Assembly (NCBI RefSeq): GCF_009914755.1
Contig: NC_060944.1
Direction: 5' to 3' (one strand)
Source: the human T2T-CHM13v2.0 reference genome, Homo sapiens
DNA: 64,000 nucleotides
A program made the translations under genes and the position numbers. Below are positions 1-12,815 of the stretch, piece after piece. Position 1 is the first letter of the stretch. Each line of letters starts with the position of its first letter. The notes beneath the pieces are model-generated. The model worked only from the letters and a program-made list of their open reading frames with translations. It had not been told where the DNA came from and ran no database searches.

Positions 1-1
1 T

Positions 2-248
<247 letters not shown>

Positions 249-737
249 TGAAAATTTTGATGAGAATGGGGTTGTGTAAGTATGTTCACCCTGACAAAAG
301 AGCTGTTTGCTTTGGATTTATGGACTTTTCTGTATGTATATTACACTTCTATAAATGTTTACAAAATTTGGGGTAGGATATAGAAAGTAGAGATAAACTT
401 GTCTTATAAAAACATACTACAGGGCTATCATAATTAAAACTGTAAGGCATAATAAGACAAATAGCTCAATGAAATGGAAGAATCTTGCTACAGAATTTAA
501 TGTGTAAGACATGGGGAAATTATTGATTGTTCAATAAATACTGTTGAGACAATTAGCAATCCATTTGGAAAAAATAAATTATAGACCGCCCCTCCTGACC
601 ATATCATACACAAAATCCCCTTTAATTCCAGGGGTTAAAGATATAAATAGCATGATCATTCACTGATGGTAGAAGGATTAATTCATACTGCCTTTTTGTA
701 GGACAACTTGGTAGGCTCCTTCAACATTTAAAATGTG

Positions 738-1035
738 CAGGTGGGGCGTGATGGCTGACGCCTGTAATCCCAACACTTTGGGAGGACAAGGCGGGTGGAT
801 CACTTGATCCCAGGAATTTGAGACCAGTGTGGGTAACATAGTAAGACCCTGTCTCTACAAAAAATACACTAATTAGCCAGGTGTGGTGTGTGTGCCTGTG
901 GTCTCAGCTACTCAGGAAGCTGAGTTGGGAAGATAGCTTGAGCCCAGGAGGTTGAGGCTGCAGTGACCCATGATCGCACCACTGCACTCCAGCCTGGGGT
1001 GACGGAGTGAGACCTTATATCATAAACAAATAAAT
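738..1035 (+). mobile_element. AluJ-like SINE followed by a (TG)n tract (~1050-1108)
   Basis: Dimeric Alu consensus. Confidence 0.88.
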
Positions 1036-1065
1036 ATATGTATGTATTTGTGTGTGCATGTGTGC

Positions 1066-1096
<31 letters not shown>

Positions 1097-1327
1097 GGTG
1101 TGGGTGTGTATCCCTTGCTCCAACAATTTCATTTCTTGGACTCTCTCAAGTTGGCCTACACATATATGTGCACATGGATTGATGTGCATCTGTGTTCACT
1201 GTGGTGCATATAATGTGATAGTGGAAAACTGGAAACTACCTCCATGTCCATTAGGAGGGGAATGGCTAAATTACATACATCCACACAAGAGATTACCATG
1301 TGTCACAATTCAAATAATAAGACAGGT

Positions 1328-1640
1328 TCAGTCATTCATGCAACAAATATTTATTGAGCAACTACTATGTGCTAAGACCAGTTCTTAGCTCTGGGGATAG
1401 AGCAGAAAACAAAACAGTCTCTGCCTTCATGGGGATTATATTTTAGTGGGGTTGACAGCCAATGAACAAAGAACAATAAAAATATAGTACGATTCAGAGT
1501 GAGAATATTGTGAATCAATAAAACAGGGTAAGGGGGGACAGGGACAGGGAGGTGGCATTTCAGACTGGGTGCTCATCAAATCTTCTCCAAGGAGGTAACA
1601 TCTGGGCTTTATTTGAGGGAGCTCTTCATTCACGGAAAAG
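1328..1640 (-). mobile_element. L2 3'-end remnant
   Basis: cattcatgcaacaaatatttattgagcaactactatgtgc L2 tail signature. Confidence 0.7.
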
Positions 1641-1774
1641 AGGTCTCCAGAAACATTAAGAAAAAACAAAACAAAACAAAAGTAATTACAGGACAACTTA
1701 TGGTTTTTAAACTATGCCTTTGTTTTCCTAAGCATGCATATAGGTATACAGGTATAGATCTGGACATCAGCCAA

Positions 1775-2075
1775 TGGCTGGACATGGTGGCTCACACCTG
1801 GAATCCCAGCACTTTGGGAGGCCAAGGCAAAAGGACGGCTGGAGCCCAGGAGTTCGAGACCAATCTGGACAACATGGTGAAACCCCATCTCTACAAGAAA
1901 TACAAAAATTATAAAAATTAGCTGAGCGTGGTGGTGTGGGCTTGTAGTCCCAGCTACTTAGGAGGCTGAGGCGGGAGGATCACTTGAGCCCAGGAGGTTG
2001 AGGCTGTGGTGAGCTACAATCGTGCCACTGTACTCCAGCCTGGGTGACAGAGACTCCGTCTCAAAAAAACTAAAA
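1775..2075 (+). mobile_element. AluJ-like SINE
   Basis: Dimeric Alu; decayed TSD gacatcagcca / gacatcagtca. Confidence 0.88.
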
Positions 2076-2219
2076 AATGTAGACATCAGTCAAACTGCTA
2101 ATATTAAAGGAGTGGTTTAACACTTATTTTCCAGCAAGCACGTATTCACATGTTACTTTTAGAATAGACTTTTCAACTCTGTGAACAAAAGCTATTTAGA
2201 GCACATATGCAAAAGAGTT

Positions 2220-2560
2220 GGGTCAGCAGAAGCAGCCTAGGGGTTAAGAGCGTCTTCCCTGGGGCAAAAATGTCCCCAGCCGGCTCAGCTGCTAGCTTTG
2301 TGACCTCAGGCAAGCTGTGGCTTCAGTTTGTCTAGAGTAGCTGTTCCATTTGGGTTTGTACCTAGAGGGAGGAGGCCAGGGGTGCTGCTGAACACCCGAC
2401 AATGAGCAGGACAGCTCCCCCATTTGTCAAGAGCAATGTGGAGAAGCCGTGCTCCAGAACAAGGGGCAGTGCCCGCCTCTCAAGGGTTGAGGACTCACGG
2501 TGTGCAATGCACTTAGCATAGGCCCTGGCACATAGCAAGTACTCAATAAATAGGAACTAT
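2220..2560. mobile_element. MIR remnant interrupted by a MER20-like fragment (~2330-2455)
   Basis: tgtgacctcaggcaag and cctggcacatagcaagtactcaataaat signatures; gaggccaggggtgctgctgaacac MER20-like core. Confidence 0.6.
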
Positions 2561-2699
2561 TTTTATTACTGGACTTCCCTGAAAACTAAAAAAAAAAAAT
2601 GTTGAGAGTATGGAGGACGTGGTAGTGCCAGGAATCAGTTCTGCTGAATCCCAATTCCAGCAGCTGGCTGGAAGGGATCTCTGACCTCCACAGCAACAA

Positions 2700-4090
2700 C
2701 AGTCTTCACGGGGTGTGTGTCTGCCAATGGGATGGCCTATACAGAGCTCCTCGTTCCTTCTGTTTGGTTTTTCTGGTTTGAATCTCATCTCCTGCCAGTA
2801 GTTCAGGGACATTCCCACCAGATCACCTGGTCTCTTGTACGTATTCAGCTGTGCTCTCTCAGACATTCCCTGTGGTTCAGAAGAAACACACTCAAGCTTC
2901 TCTTGTGGGAAAACCAAAACCCAACCCCACCTCACCTCCCACCCCCAGCTTCCCGCGCTTCCTGTGGCCCTGACCTCCTCTTTCCACCCCTTCCCAGGAA
3001 ATCCAAGAGACACCCACTCTGCTGCTATCTCCTCCTTCCACCCCATCAGGTCAGCAAAACGGCTCCTGCCACATTTCCAACACCTGGCCACTGCCAACTC
3101 ACTGCTTCTCCCTCTTCCTCTTGTATCGCTTCTCTGCTGCCTTCAGCACGGCTGACCACTCTCCCTCTTGGCCTGCTTGTCCTCCCACCCCTCCTCCTGC
3201 TCACTCATCCTCCTTTTCTCAACCAGGTTCTCAGAGGCTGGGCCAAGGCTGCTGCCTTCTCTTACTCTATGCTTCCTGTTCTCAATCCCCCAGCAATCTC
3301 ACCCGCTGCTGGGTCCTTACTAACCTCCTCCACCCAAAGACCCCCCAGTCTGCCTGTAGCCCCCACCCTGCTGTCTCTGCCAGGTTGTCTCAAAACTCCC
3401 TGAACTCAGCAGTCACAACTGATCTCGTATCTATCCCGCCAATCTGGTCTGACTCTAGTGCCCCCATCTCAGGGAATGGCCCTGTTACCTGTGCAAGTGG
3501 GAAGCCAGCAGCTTAGGTGGAGTCCTCCATCCCCATCACCCCTGGCAGGTCCTGGGAGCACGACCTCAGTATCTCCCAGTCTCCCCTCCTCCGTCGTCCC
3601 TGCACCCATCTCACTCGCCCCTGCTTCTCTTCTGCTTCTGTACCATCGCTCGTTCTCCCTGCAACCAGAGCCATCTCTCAAAGTTGCTATGGAATCCGAA
3701 TCGCATCACGCAGCCCTGCCTGCTGAAAACTCTTGAATCCACTGCTCTAAGGATGAAATGCAAACTCCTCCCCCTGTGCGCCCCCCTGCCCCCTCTACTC
3801 CAGCCACGCTGGCTTCCTCCCTGCCCTGCAGCTGTGTGCCACACGCTCCTTGTCTCCCCCTAGCTCACTTGCTTCCACCTTCCCTACATTCCCAACTGGA
3901 ATGCCCACCCTACCATGCACTCGTCACCTGCAGCTTCCCCTTTTGGACCAGGTATTGAGGATACAATTTTAATCATACCCCCCAGTGGACCGTAAGTTTA
4001 ATGAGTCCACTGATCCTGTCTTATTTTCTCTATTATTATGTCCCCGGCATCTGACACTATTAATACTGTGAGTGGCAAACATTCAACACA
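2700..4090 (+). mobile_element. Long degenerate L2 remnant downstream of the gene
   Basis: Pyrimidine-rich L2-like stretches (ctctgctgccttcagcacggctgaccactctccct); explains the spurious C-rich ORFs. Confidence 0.6.
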
Positions 4091-4519
4091 TAGAAGCCAT
4101 GATGACAATCTCTGAGCAGAATCTGGCATATAAACCCTACACTGATCCCAGAGAACCTTCTGGAATCAAACTCCATCAACCCTCACCACCCCCTTCACCC
4201 CCAAGTCCCCTCACTCAAGTGTCTTATGCAACTTTCTTGGTACCACCTGGGTGATTCTTGAAAGAAAACCCAAGCGTGGGCATGCCTGGGCAGCACAGTG
4301 GAGGACTGCTTCTGTTACACTGCGTAGCTTTTTACTCAGCCCGTTCACCTGCAGCACGGGTCAGGCAGTATTTACCCCAGCAAGACCCAGAGCTCAGCTG
4401 AGCTGCCTTAAGTTGAACTCCTGTAGGAAAGGAAAGGAAAAAGGAAAGACCCCCAAGGACCCAAACTGTCCTACACAAAGAGAAATGACCACCAAGGTTT
4501 GGTTCTTGAATATGTATTT

Positions 4520-4525
4520 TTTACT
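4520..4525 (-). terminator. Distal polyadenylation signal, variant AGTAAA
   Basis: Plus-strand tttact; UGUA motifs ~25-40 nt upstream; GU/U-rich tract (ttggtggtcatttctctttgtgt) downstream on the minus strand. Confidence 0.7.
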
Positions 4526-6063
4526 GAAAAAATCATTCATAAATTAACATACAAAAATGTACAAACACATGAGTAAATAATGTAATGACAAAGGACTATT
4601 TTTGTGAAAAGTGTTTTTTAAAACATCTTTAGATTTCAGTGCAAAAATGTACCCCTGGCACCTCTTAAAACTTAAGAGCAAGCTCAAAAACACGTAGTGA
4701 TGGAAATAAGCTAGCTACGCTCAATGCCATCGTCAATGGTGAGTGGATACAATCAATCCATGTGGCTCCTGCTCAGCTATTAATGTCTGTGGTAGAGGAT
4801 CTCTGACAAGAGGACCTATTATGTCAAAATGAGTATTCTTGCAAATACCCCCCCACCCCCCAAAACAGCATGAACAAACGGGGACACCTTTCCCTGCACA
4901 CAGCAATCAAAGACAAGATTAAGGGGCCACCCATCAGTAGCCTTGAAGATTTTCAGCTACCAATATATGCACAAGGTCACATTTGGTTCCTGTTTTGTTT
5001 TTTTTTTTAACATGACAATTTCACACTATTAACAGCACACGGGCCTGGCTGTACGTTTTTAACTATGACATTTCCCATATGATATTCGAGGCCTGGTGGA
5101 CACATGACTGACAGTGCACATCCAGAGATTCTACACTCATCAGACACAGACATGACCGCAAAGGTATCAAAGTGACCCCACTTTAAGCAGTGAAAAAAGA
5201 CCTTTCCTTTTGTTCTCAAATCAGCATTTTCTAAAGTCAGGTGTTAGCCTTTTGCCAACAGTGTGTACTTGATGGTAATTATGGCAACATAGAGCTTCAA
5301 ACAAGATCGCCTGACAACACTGCCGCATACACATACGGCACCCAGGACTCAGAATCAGTCTGTCCTGGCAAATCCTTCCAAATGACATCATAGTGTTGTC
5401 ACATTGAAAGCAACTCACAGCCTTCAGTGAGGAAAGGGGAGAGGAGAATGAGAAGGGGAGAAAAGCCAAGGCAGGGACAAAGGCCCGGTGGGGGATGGGG
5501 GTTGCAGGGTGGAGGGGGGTCTTTATTGCTATATGCACCATAAAACAAAGGAAAACCAAATGAACTTCTGTGTGTAATGTTCACTTGTGAAGGTATTTTA
5601 AAGCATGAAATGCTTAAGTCTTAAAAAACATATGCTATAGCTTACCGGCATTTTCAAGGGCAGGAACCTGCTCTCTCATATGAGCCGATAAGAGCTTTGC
5701 AATGCAATTTATTTTCTAAATACCACTCTATTCTTCAAAAGAACAAAAACACAAACAAACAAACAAAAAAAACAAGGCCTGGCCAATCACTCCCACAGTT
5801 TGTGGGGATCATATGTCCACAGAACCATCACATGCAACGAAAAAAGCCCTAACCCACACACATACACACACACACCCCTACACACACCCATGTAAACTAT
5901 GAAAATCAAGGAAGTTGAAGGCAAACAAGGCAATTAAAAAAAAATACGAAGTACTCTTCAGAAAGTACTCCTCATCACAATATATAAATATGTTTTATGG
6001 AAAACAAGGGCGGGGGAGGAAAACTGGCATTTTCCAGAATTCTGCAGAAGCCGACAGAGACTA

Positions 6064-6441
<378 letters not shown>

Positions 6442-7506
6442 AATATGACTTCAAAATGCAGGTGGGGGTGTGAGCAGTGCACCTGGGCTCTTGCTGTCTG
6501 GAGCTTTGTTAGTCTAATTTCAAAGCTTCAATCCGGTCTTACCTGGATCCCAGCTGCCCCACAGCACACAAGTGTCACCAGCTCCCTGGCTCCTGGCTCC
6601 CTATTTGAGTGCTCCTTGGTTCTATGTATCAGTTACTAATGTTGACAAAGAATCTTTCCAGAAACCAAAAAGGGACACAGAGGAATCACTGAAGCCAGCT
6701 GGTAATGTAGGCACATTGTTCAGAAACTGTGGCCAAGTTCCACAAGAGAAAAAGTAAGAGGGGGAGGGATTCCCATACACACCCCCGCCCCCCGCCCCCC
6801 GCCCCGCCATGCTGATGAAAAGACAGAACACGAAGCCTGGAGAGCCAGAGATGTGTGTGCAGCGAGCCCCGAAGGGCCTGCTTTAGGCAGGAAGCAGCCT
6901 GCTCTAACAGCAGCCTCCCGCTTAGCGGAGAGTGGGATGAGCACATGCGCGGCCGACAGGGAAGAGTGAATCCAGAGCAGAAGTCAAGGGCAAGACTCGT
7001 GGGGGGGGGGAAGAAAGGGACAGAAGCCAGCTCCCAGCAATAAAGGTCGGGTTATTTTGTTCTTTTGTGACATGCCCTATATCCACTCCCTCGCCAAAGT
7101 GACAGCAATTCGGGAGATGACATTCTTCAACTGCATTTTAACTGAGTTCCTGCACTTGCCAACCAAGTAAGTGGCCTAATACATAAATCCTCAATTTGAA
7201 TTGGAGCCAGCTAGAAAATTAAATTTTAAAAAGGCATTTTACATGGCTTATTTACAATTATACTTCTTCAAGAAGTGATTGTTATATATTTATGTCTATT
7301 TATCTTTCCCAAACACCCTCCCCTCCACCCTCAATCCCCACCCAAAGAAGGTAATTTTTAAAAAAAATGAAACCAAAGAGAACACCAGAGATCTAGAAGA
7401 ATGGTGTGGAGTTTCATTTGCTCTTCCTAAAACGCAGCTGCCCTGTGGTGGGTTTGCCTCTGCTCTGAAGGCCAAGAGGCTCCAAGGTCATGTGTAGGGA
7501 CAGGCT

Positions 7507-7540
7507 CCACGGCAGGACCACGGCAGGACCACGGCAGATC
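7507..7540. repeat. 11-bp tandem repeat (ccacggcagga) x3 in the 3' UTR
   Basis: ccacggcagga ccacggcagga ccacggcagat read directly. Confidence 0.9.
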
Positions 7541-7870
7541 ACAGTTCATCATGGGTTCTGGAGACTGCGGCTAAGACAGGATGTGGGGTAGGAGATGGGG
7601 AGAGAGCAGCGGGACAGACGTCTGTCTTGTGAAAACAGAAAGCCAGTGCTGACGAAGGAAGTCCCCAAGCTCACTCCCTCAGTTCCAGCGGCTGATCCAG
7701 TGAAGGCGTTTGTGCGTGTGCTGTCACATTTTCCCCCTGAACTCTGTGATCCTTCATGAGACACAGTATTTCTGTTCTCTTGCTGTGTAGACCCTCCCCC
7801 CTCCAAAAAAAAATCTCATCGGACTGCTTTCTTGGTGGCGGTGGGTAAAGCAAACGTACATTCTCTCCTC

Positions 7871-8018
7871 TCAGTACTCGTTCACCTGAGCCAGCTCGGG
7901 TGTCAGGTTGACAGTTATGTTTTTATACAAGGCGTCGTATGTGATGTTTGCAAAGTAGTTCAGGTTGTTGAGGCCATCCAGCCCTTGCCGTTCTTTTGAC
8001 TTCCTCAGCAGAGCATAC
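7871..8018 (-). CDS. B4GALT5: B4GALT5 exon 9 coding part (148 bp): YALLRKSKERQGLDGLNNLNYFANITYDALYKNITVNLTPELAQVNEY*
   Basis: 3' part of ORF 7871..8140; acceptor aaacag|G, TGA at 7873-7871; exons 2-9 total 1052 nt, consistent with a 388-aa protein given a 115-nt coding exon 1 outside the window. Confidence 0.97.
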
Positions 8019-8465
8019 CTGTTTAGGGAGGGAACAGAGAAGAGGTGGCTCTGAGTGAGGATCCATGCCTCTGCAGCCAGAGGATGGAGCAGGGCGTCCC
8101 ACAGCAGAGGACGCAACCCATGGCAGCACTTCTGCAGCACAAGGTGGGCGCACGGCCAATTCTGCTATGCCAGGCTGAGTGCTGTGGTCAGAAACACCTC
8201 CTGTGTTTCATGCCAGGTGCTTCACTTAATTATTTCATTTAATGCTCACGCCAGCCCCTGCTAGCAAATGAGGAAGCCAAGGCTTAATAATGTGAGGTAA
8301 CTTGCCCAAGGTCAGAGAGTGGGGAAGTGGGAGGTAAAGCATTAAAAATACAACAGATGAGAAAGTTCATACTCTGTATTCAGTGCCATTTTACTCCCAT
8401 GAAAACAGAATTTCAGCAATTAGAATTGGTTGTCTAGAGCACAGTCTTCCCCACAATTTAGAAAA

Positions 8466-8466
<1 letters not shown>

Positions 8467-8504
<38 letters not shown>
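8467..8504. repeat. (AC)19 microsatellite, intron 8
   Basis: Perfect dinucleotide run. Confidence 0.95.
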
Positions 8505-8507
<3 letters not shown>

Positions 8508-8909
8508 GAAAGAAAAGGTAACACAGCAACTGCAGCCACCCAGACAGAAGCTCAGGACACCATTCGGAACGGGAGCCTGCGGAAAGGGCGCCACTGCTCT
8601 GTCACCTCAGGGACCTTCACCCAAGCTGTTTCTTCCCAAATTCCCCAAAGGCTACTGTGGAGACCACAAGGCTGAAGACATAGGACAAGTGATTTCCTTC
8701 GAAGAATCTTACTATTGAAAATGTTCACCAACGGTCTGATCCCCACACTGTTCTGCCTCAGAGTTAGAATACATGCAACAGCTGTCAAACAGCTGTCAGA
8801 ACAGGGCCTCGGGGTGGGGAGTAGGAGAAGGGGCTGTAATATGCTCTAAGATATCCGGACATGAAAGTATAGGGGATACTTCTAAGAGACAGAGATAAAT
8901 TCCACCAAC

Positions 8910-9011
8910 CTTCCAAGAAACTGGACTTCTCCTCGATGGTGATGAGGAATGGACTTGTACTTTCCTGTGTCACCCTCTGGCCGGCTCACAGAATAGCCTG
9001 CATTCTGTACT
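8910..9011 (-). CDS. B4GALT5: B4GALT5 exon 8 (102 bp): VQNAGYSVSRPEGDTGKYKSIPHHHRGEVQFLG(R)
   Basis: Manual translation; acceptor gacag|A, donor AAG|gttggt; phase 2-2. Confidence 0.96.
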
Positions 9012-9220
9012 CTGTCCAAGACCAAGAGAACAGGCTTTTAGATACAACGGTAATAGCCCAGGAGTGACCAAAGCCTACAAGACATGTTACAAGCTTACCC
9101 TGGAAATCACACACAGCAAAAGCTCTCACCCGCTTAACTGACTCATTGTGTCATTTCTTAAAAACTGAGTTAAAACTCAATTTTAACTGAATTAAAGTTT
9201 TTATGTGAACGGAAAAAATA

Positions 9221-9510
9221 GGCTGGGCTAGGTGGCTCGTGCCTGTAATCCCAGCACTTTGGGAGGCCGAGGTGGGCAGATCATTTGAGGTCAGGAGTTC
9301 GAGACCAGCCTGGCCAAAATGGTGAAACCCCATCTCTACTTAAAAAAAAAAAAAAAAATTAGCCAGGCGTGGTGGTGCAGGTCTGTAATCCCAGCTACTC
9401 AGGAGGCTGAGACAGGAGAATCACTTGAACCCGGGAGGCAAAGGTTGCAGTGAGCAAAATTGCACCAGCTTGGGTAACAGAAAGAAAATCTGTCTCAAAA
9501 AAGAAAAGAA
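9221..9510 (+). mobile_element. AluS SINE
   Basis: Dimeric Alu consensus. Confidence 0.9.
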
Positions 9511-9591
9511 AAGTACGGAAAGAAATGGTTACTTCCAGGGAATAAAATAGAATCAAAATGGGGATTAATACTTAGACACTTGTATCATCTA

Positions 9592-9888
9592 ATTTTTTTT
9601 TTTTTAAGAGACAGGGTCCACTGTGTTGCCCAGGCTGGAGTACAGTGAGGTGATCATGGTTCAGTGCAGCCTCAATCTCCCAGGCTCAATTAGTCCTCCC
9701 ATCTCAGCCTCCTGAGTAGCTGGGACTACAGGCGTGTGCCACCACAACAGGCTAATTTTTTTTATTTTTTGTAGAGACAAGGTCTCACTGTTGCCCAGGC
9801 TGGTCTTGAACTCCTGGGCTCAAGTGATCCTCAAGCCTAGGCCTTGTGAAGAGGTGGGATTACAGGTGTGAGCCACAGTGCTCAGCCT
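9592..9888 (-). mobile_element. AluJ SINE, inverted relative to 9221-9510
   Basis: Poly-T followed by reverse Alu consensus. Confidence 0.9.
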
Positions 9889-10924
9889 ATCATTTGAATT
9901 TTTATTAGCAAAATAGTCCTTGTAATTAACAACAAACACATACTTTTCAAAAGCCAAGCTACAAAGGAAACAGATACCAGGTAGTATTTTGCATTTGTTC
10001 CTTATGAGGTTACTGTTTACTTACTCCATAAAAATATTACTTTATTCCACTCACACACAGGATTGTTCACCCAAGCTTGTACAGTACAAGCCTTATGTGA
10101 TGGCGCAGCTAAATCTATGTAGACATATCACTAATATTCCACCCTTCAGTTTGGAGTGGTTCCAATGAAATGGGCATTTAGTACAGAGAACACTGGTGAA
10201 GTGAAAAGTTTTGTTAGAACCTTTAGCAGGAGGGGCACTTAGTTATAATATGCCTTAAAAACCCTATTTGCATCCATTAAAGGACAGAGCTTAAAAAAAA
10301 AAAGAGCCTTAAAATGACTACATTCGCTTATAGGAATTTTTCCTAAATAGGAATAACAGGCAAAAGAATTATCTACTATATCACACTCTAAATAGTGGAA
10401 AATGGAAAAGATTCTAAATATACACCAGGAAATAGTTACATAAATTACAGTACATCTATATAACCGAATTAAATGGAGCCACTTAAGATCCTGTTTACAG
10501 AGTATTTAATGTTGATATAATAAAAACAGTAACACCTATTGAGAGCTTATCACATATCAGATATGCCAGAGCTCTATACACATTACATCATTTAATCCTC
10601 ACAATCCTGAGATTTGTGATTTTAAAAACTGACACACAGAGATTTTAAATTACTGTTCACTTGCCACTTTTTAAACACAAAATAAACTCAATGAAATGGT
10701 AACATGTTACTTATTGTTGTGGGTAATTTATTTTTATACTCATTTGTATTTTATAATGAACGTATTATTTATTAGAAGAAAAAATTGCTAAATTATAATT
10801 TGTTGATTTTCGCATGTCAAAGGAGAAAAATGAAAATAGCTGCTTTGTTGGGATATACAGTTTGTTTTTTAAGATATTAAGATATTTTTAAATTAAGATT
10901 AAAGATATTTTCTAAAAACTTGGA

Positions 10925-11100
10925 TGTGTGTGGTGTGTGTGTGTGTGTGTGTGTATTTTTTAAGACAGGTCTCACTCTGTCACCCAAGCTAGAGTGCAGT
11001 GGCACAGCTCTCTGTGGCCTCGAACTCCCGGGCTCAAGTGATCCTCCCACCTCGGCCTTCCAAAGTGCTGGGATTACAGGTGTGAGCCATCACAGCTGGT
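10925..11100 (-). mobile_element. (TG)n plus a shortened Alu monomer
   Basis: TG run then reverse Alu sequence. Confidence 0.8.
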
Positions 11101-11250
11101 CAATTTCATTTTTTTCCTTAACCTTTTAAACTGTAGCTACTAGAACATGTTAAATTACACACATGGCTTGCATTATATTCCTATCGGATAGTATTGGTCT
11201 GCAGTCTAAGGTAGCATTTCTAGAAGACACCGAAAGAACGGCAGAGGTAC

Positions 11251-11373
11251 CTGTTCCAGAGGTCGTCATCTTCTCCACCCCAACCCCAGAAAGCATTAGG
11301 AAAGCCATTGATTTTCCGAAATTGTTCCACTGTTAAGCCACTCACTCCGCCAAAGAACTCGGTATAAGGAAGC
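11251..11373 (-). CDS. B4GALT5: B4GALT5 exon 7 (123 bp): LPYTEFFGGVSGLTVEQFRKINGFPNAFWGWGGEDDDLWN(R)
   Basis: Hallmark WGWGGEDDD catalytic motif; acceptor cctag|G, donor CAG|gtacct. Confidence 0.98.
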
Positions 11374-11529
11374 CTAGGAGGAGATGTGGGACATCAATCA
11401 TCTGTGTGTTACAGGGTAACTGTTTTCCCTAGAAGGTTCTCATTTGAGGACTAAAAACAGTGCTCTCTGTGCTCCTGACCTGAACCATATGAATGTATCA
11501 AATTAGCAAAATTAATTTTTGCAAACTGA

Positions 11530-11975
11530 TTTTTAATAGCTTTAGTGAGATATAATTGACATACCCATACACAATTGGCCCATTTAGAGTATATCATTCA
11601 ATGGTTTTAGTTTATTCACTGAATTGTGCAACCATGACCACAATCTATATTAACATGTTTCATCACTGTCCCCCGCAAAGCCTTGCACCCATTAGCAATC
11701 ACCCCCTGCTCCTCCTATCCTCCTTAGCCCCTTATAACCATTTATCTACTTTCTGTCACTATAGATTTGCTTATTCTGGACATTTCAGACACCTGGAATC
11801 ATATGATACACAACCTTTGTGTCTGGCTTCTTTAACGTAACGTTTTCGAAGTTCATCCGTGTTTTGGCACGTATCAGTATTTCATTGCTTTCTCCTGCCA
11901 AACAGTGCTCCAATTGTATGGATACACACATTTTGTTTATCCATCCATCAGTTGATGGGCATCTAGGTTGCAGCT
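11530..11975 (-). mobile_element. L1MB-type 3' end remnant
   Basis: tgagatataattgacata...ccatccatcagttgatgggcatctaggttg typical of L1M 3' UTR. Confidence 0.75.
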
Positions 11976-12050
11976 AATTAGATTTCCTTTTCACATCGCT
12001 CACCATCCTTTCAGATTTAACCTCTTTAATTAAGAAGAAATGATACTCAC

Positions 12051-12238
12051 AGATACATATACTTATCCAATTTGGTTGCAAAATGCCTCGGCATCTGTCC
12101 ACATCCATAATAGTTGCGATCACTTTCCGGTATGTGATCTACATCATGAAAAATCAAACAGTCCCAATCCAAGTCTTTCATTGCTTCTTGAAAGCCAACG
12201 TTGAAAAGCATGGCTCGATTAAAGGGTTGGGTACCAAC
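12051..12238 (-). CDS. B4GALT5: B4GALT5 exon 6 (188 bp): VGTQPFNRAMLFNVGFQEAMKDLDWDCLIFHDVDHIPESDRNYYGCGQMPRHFATKLDKYMY(L)
   Basis: FNRA and DVD (DxD metal-binding) motifs of GT7; acceptor ttttag|GTT, donor TCT|gtgagt. Confidence 0.98.
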
Positions 12239-12412
12239 CTAAAAGAAACAGAACTTTATCTTTAAAAGAATCTTGAAGGAAAATCTTTGCTGTCTTTCCT
12301 GTGCCTAAAGACGAGTTTATTAGAACCAACTGGAAAAGATCACTGGGCTAGTGTAACCAGGTCCAACACCACAAATCAACTCACAGTGTGGCTCAGAAGT
12401 CACTGGACCTCT

Positions 12413-12815
<403 letters not shown>

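Noticed and set aside
908-1388. HTHT/CVCV-rich ORFs (also 8383-8718)
   Set aside because: Microsatellite translations
2543-3958. Overlapping ORFs up to 228 aa downstream of the gene
   Set aside because: Pro/Ser/Leu-rich with no domain; they arise from a C-rich degenerate L2 that has few stop codons
8019-8140. N-terminal extension of ORF 7871..8140
   Set aside because: Intron 8 sequence upstream of the exon 9 acceptor; the same applies to the intronic read-through parts of ORFs at exons 3, 4 and 5
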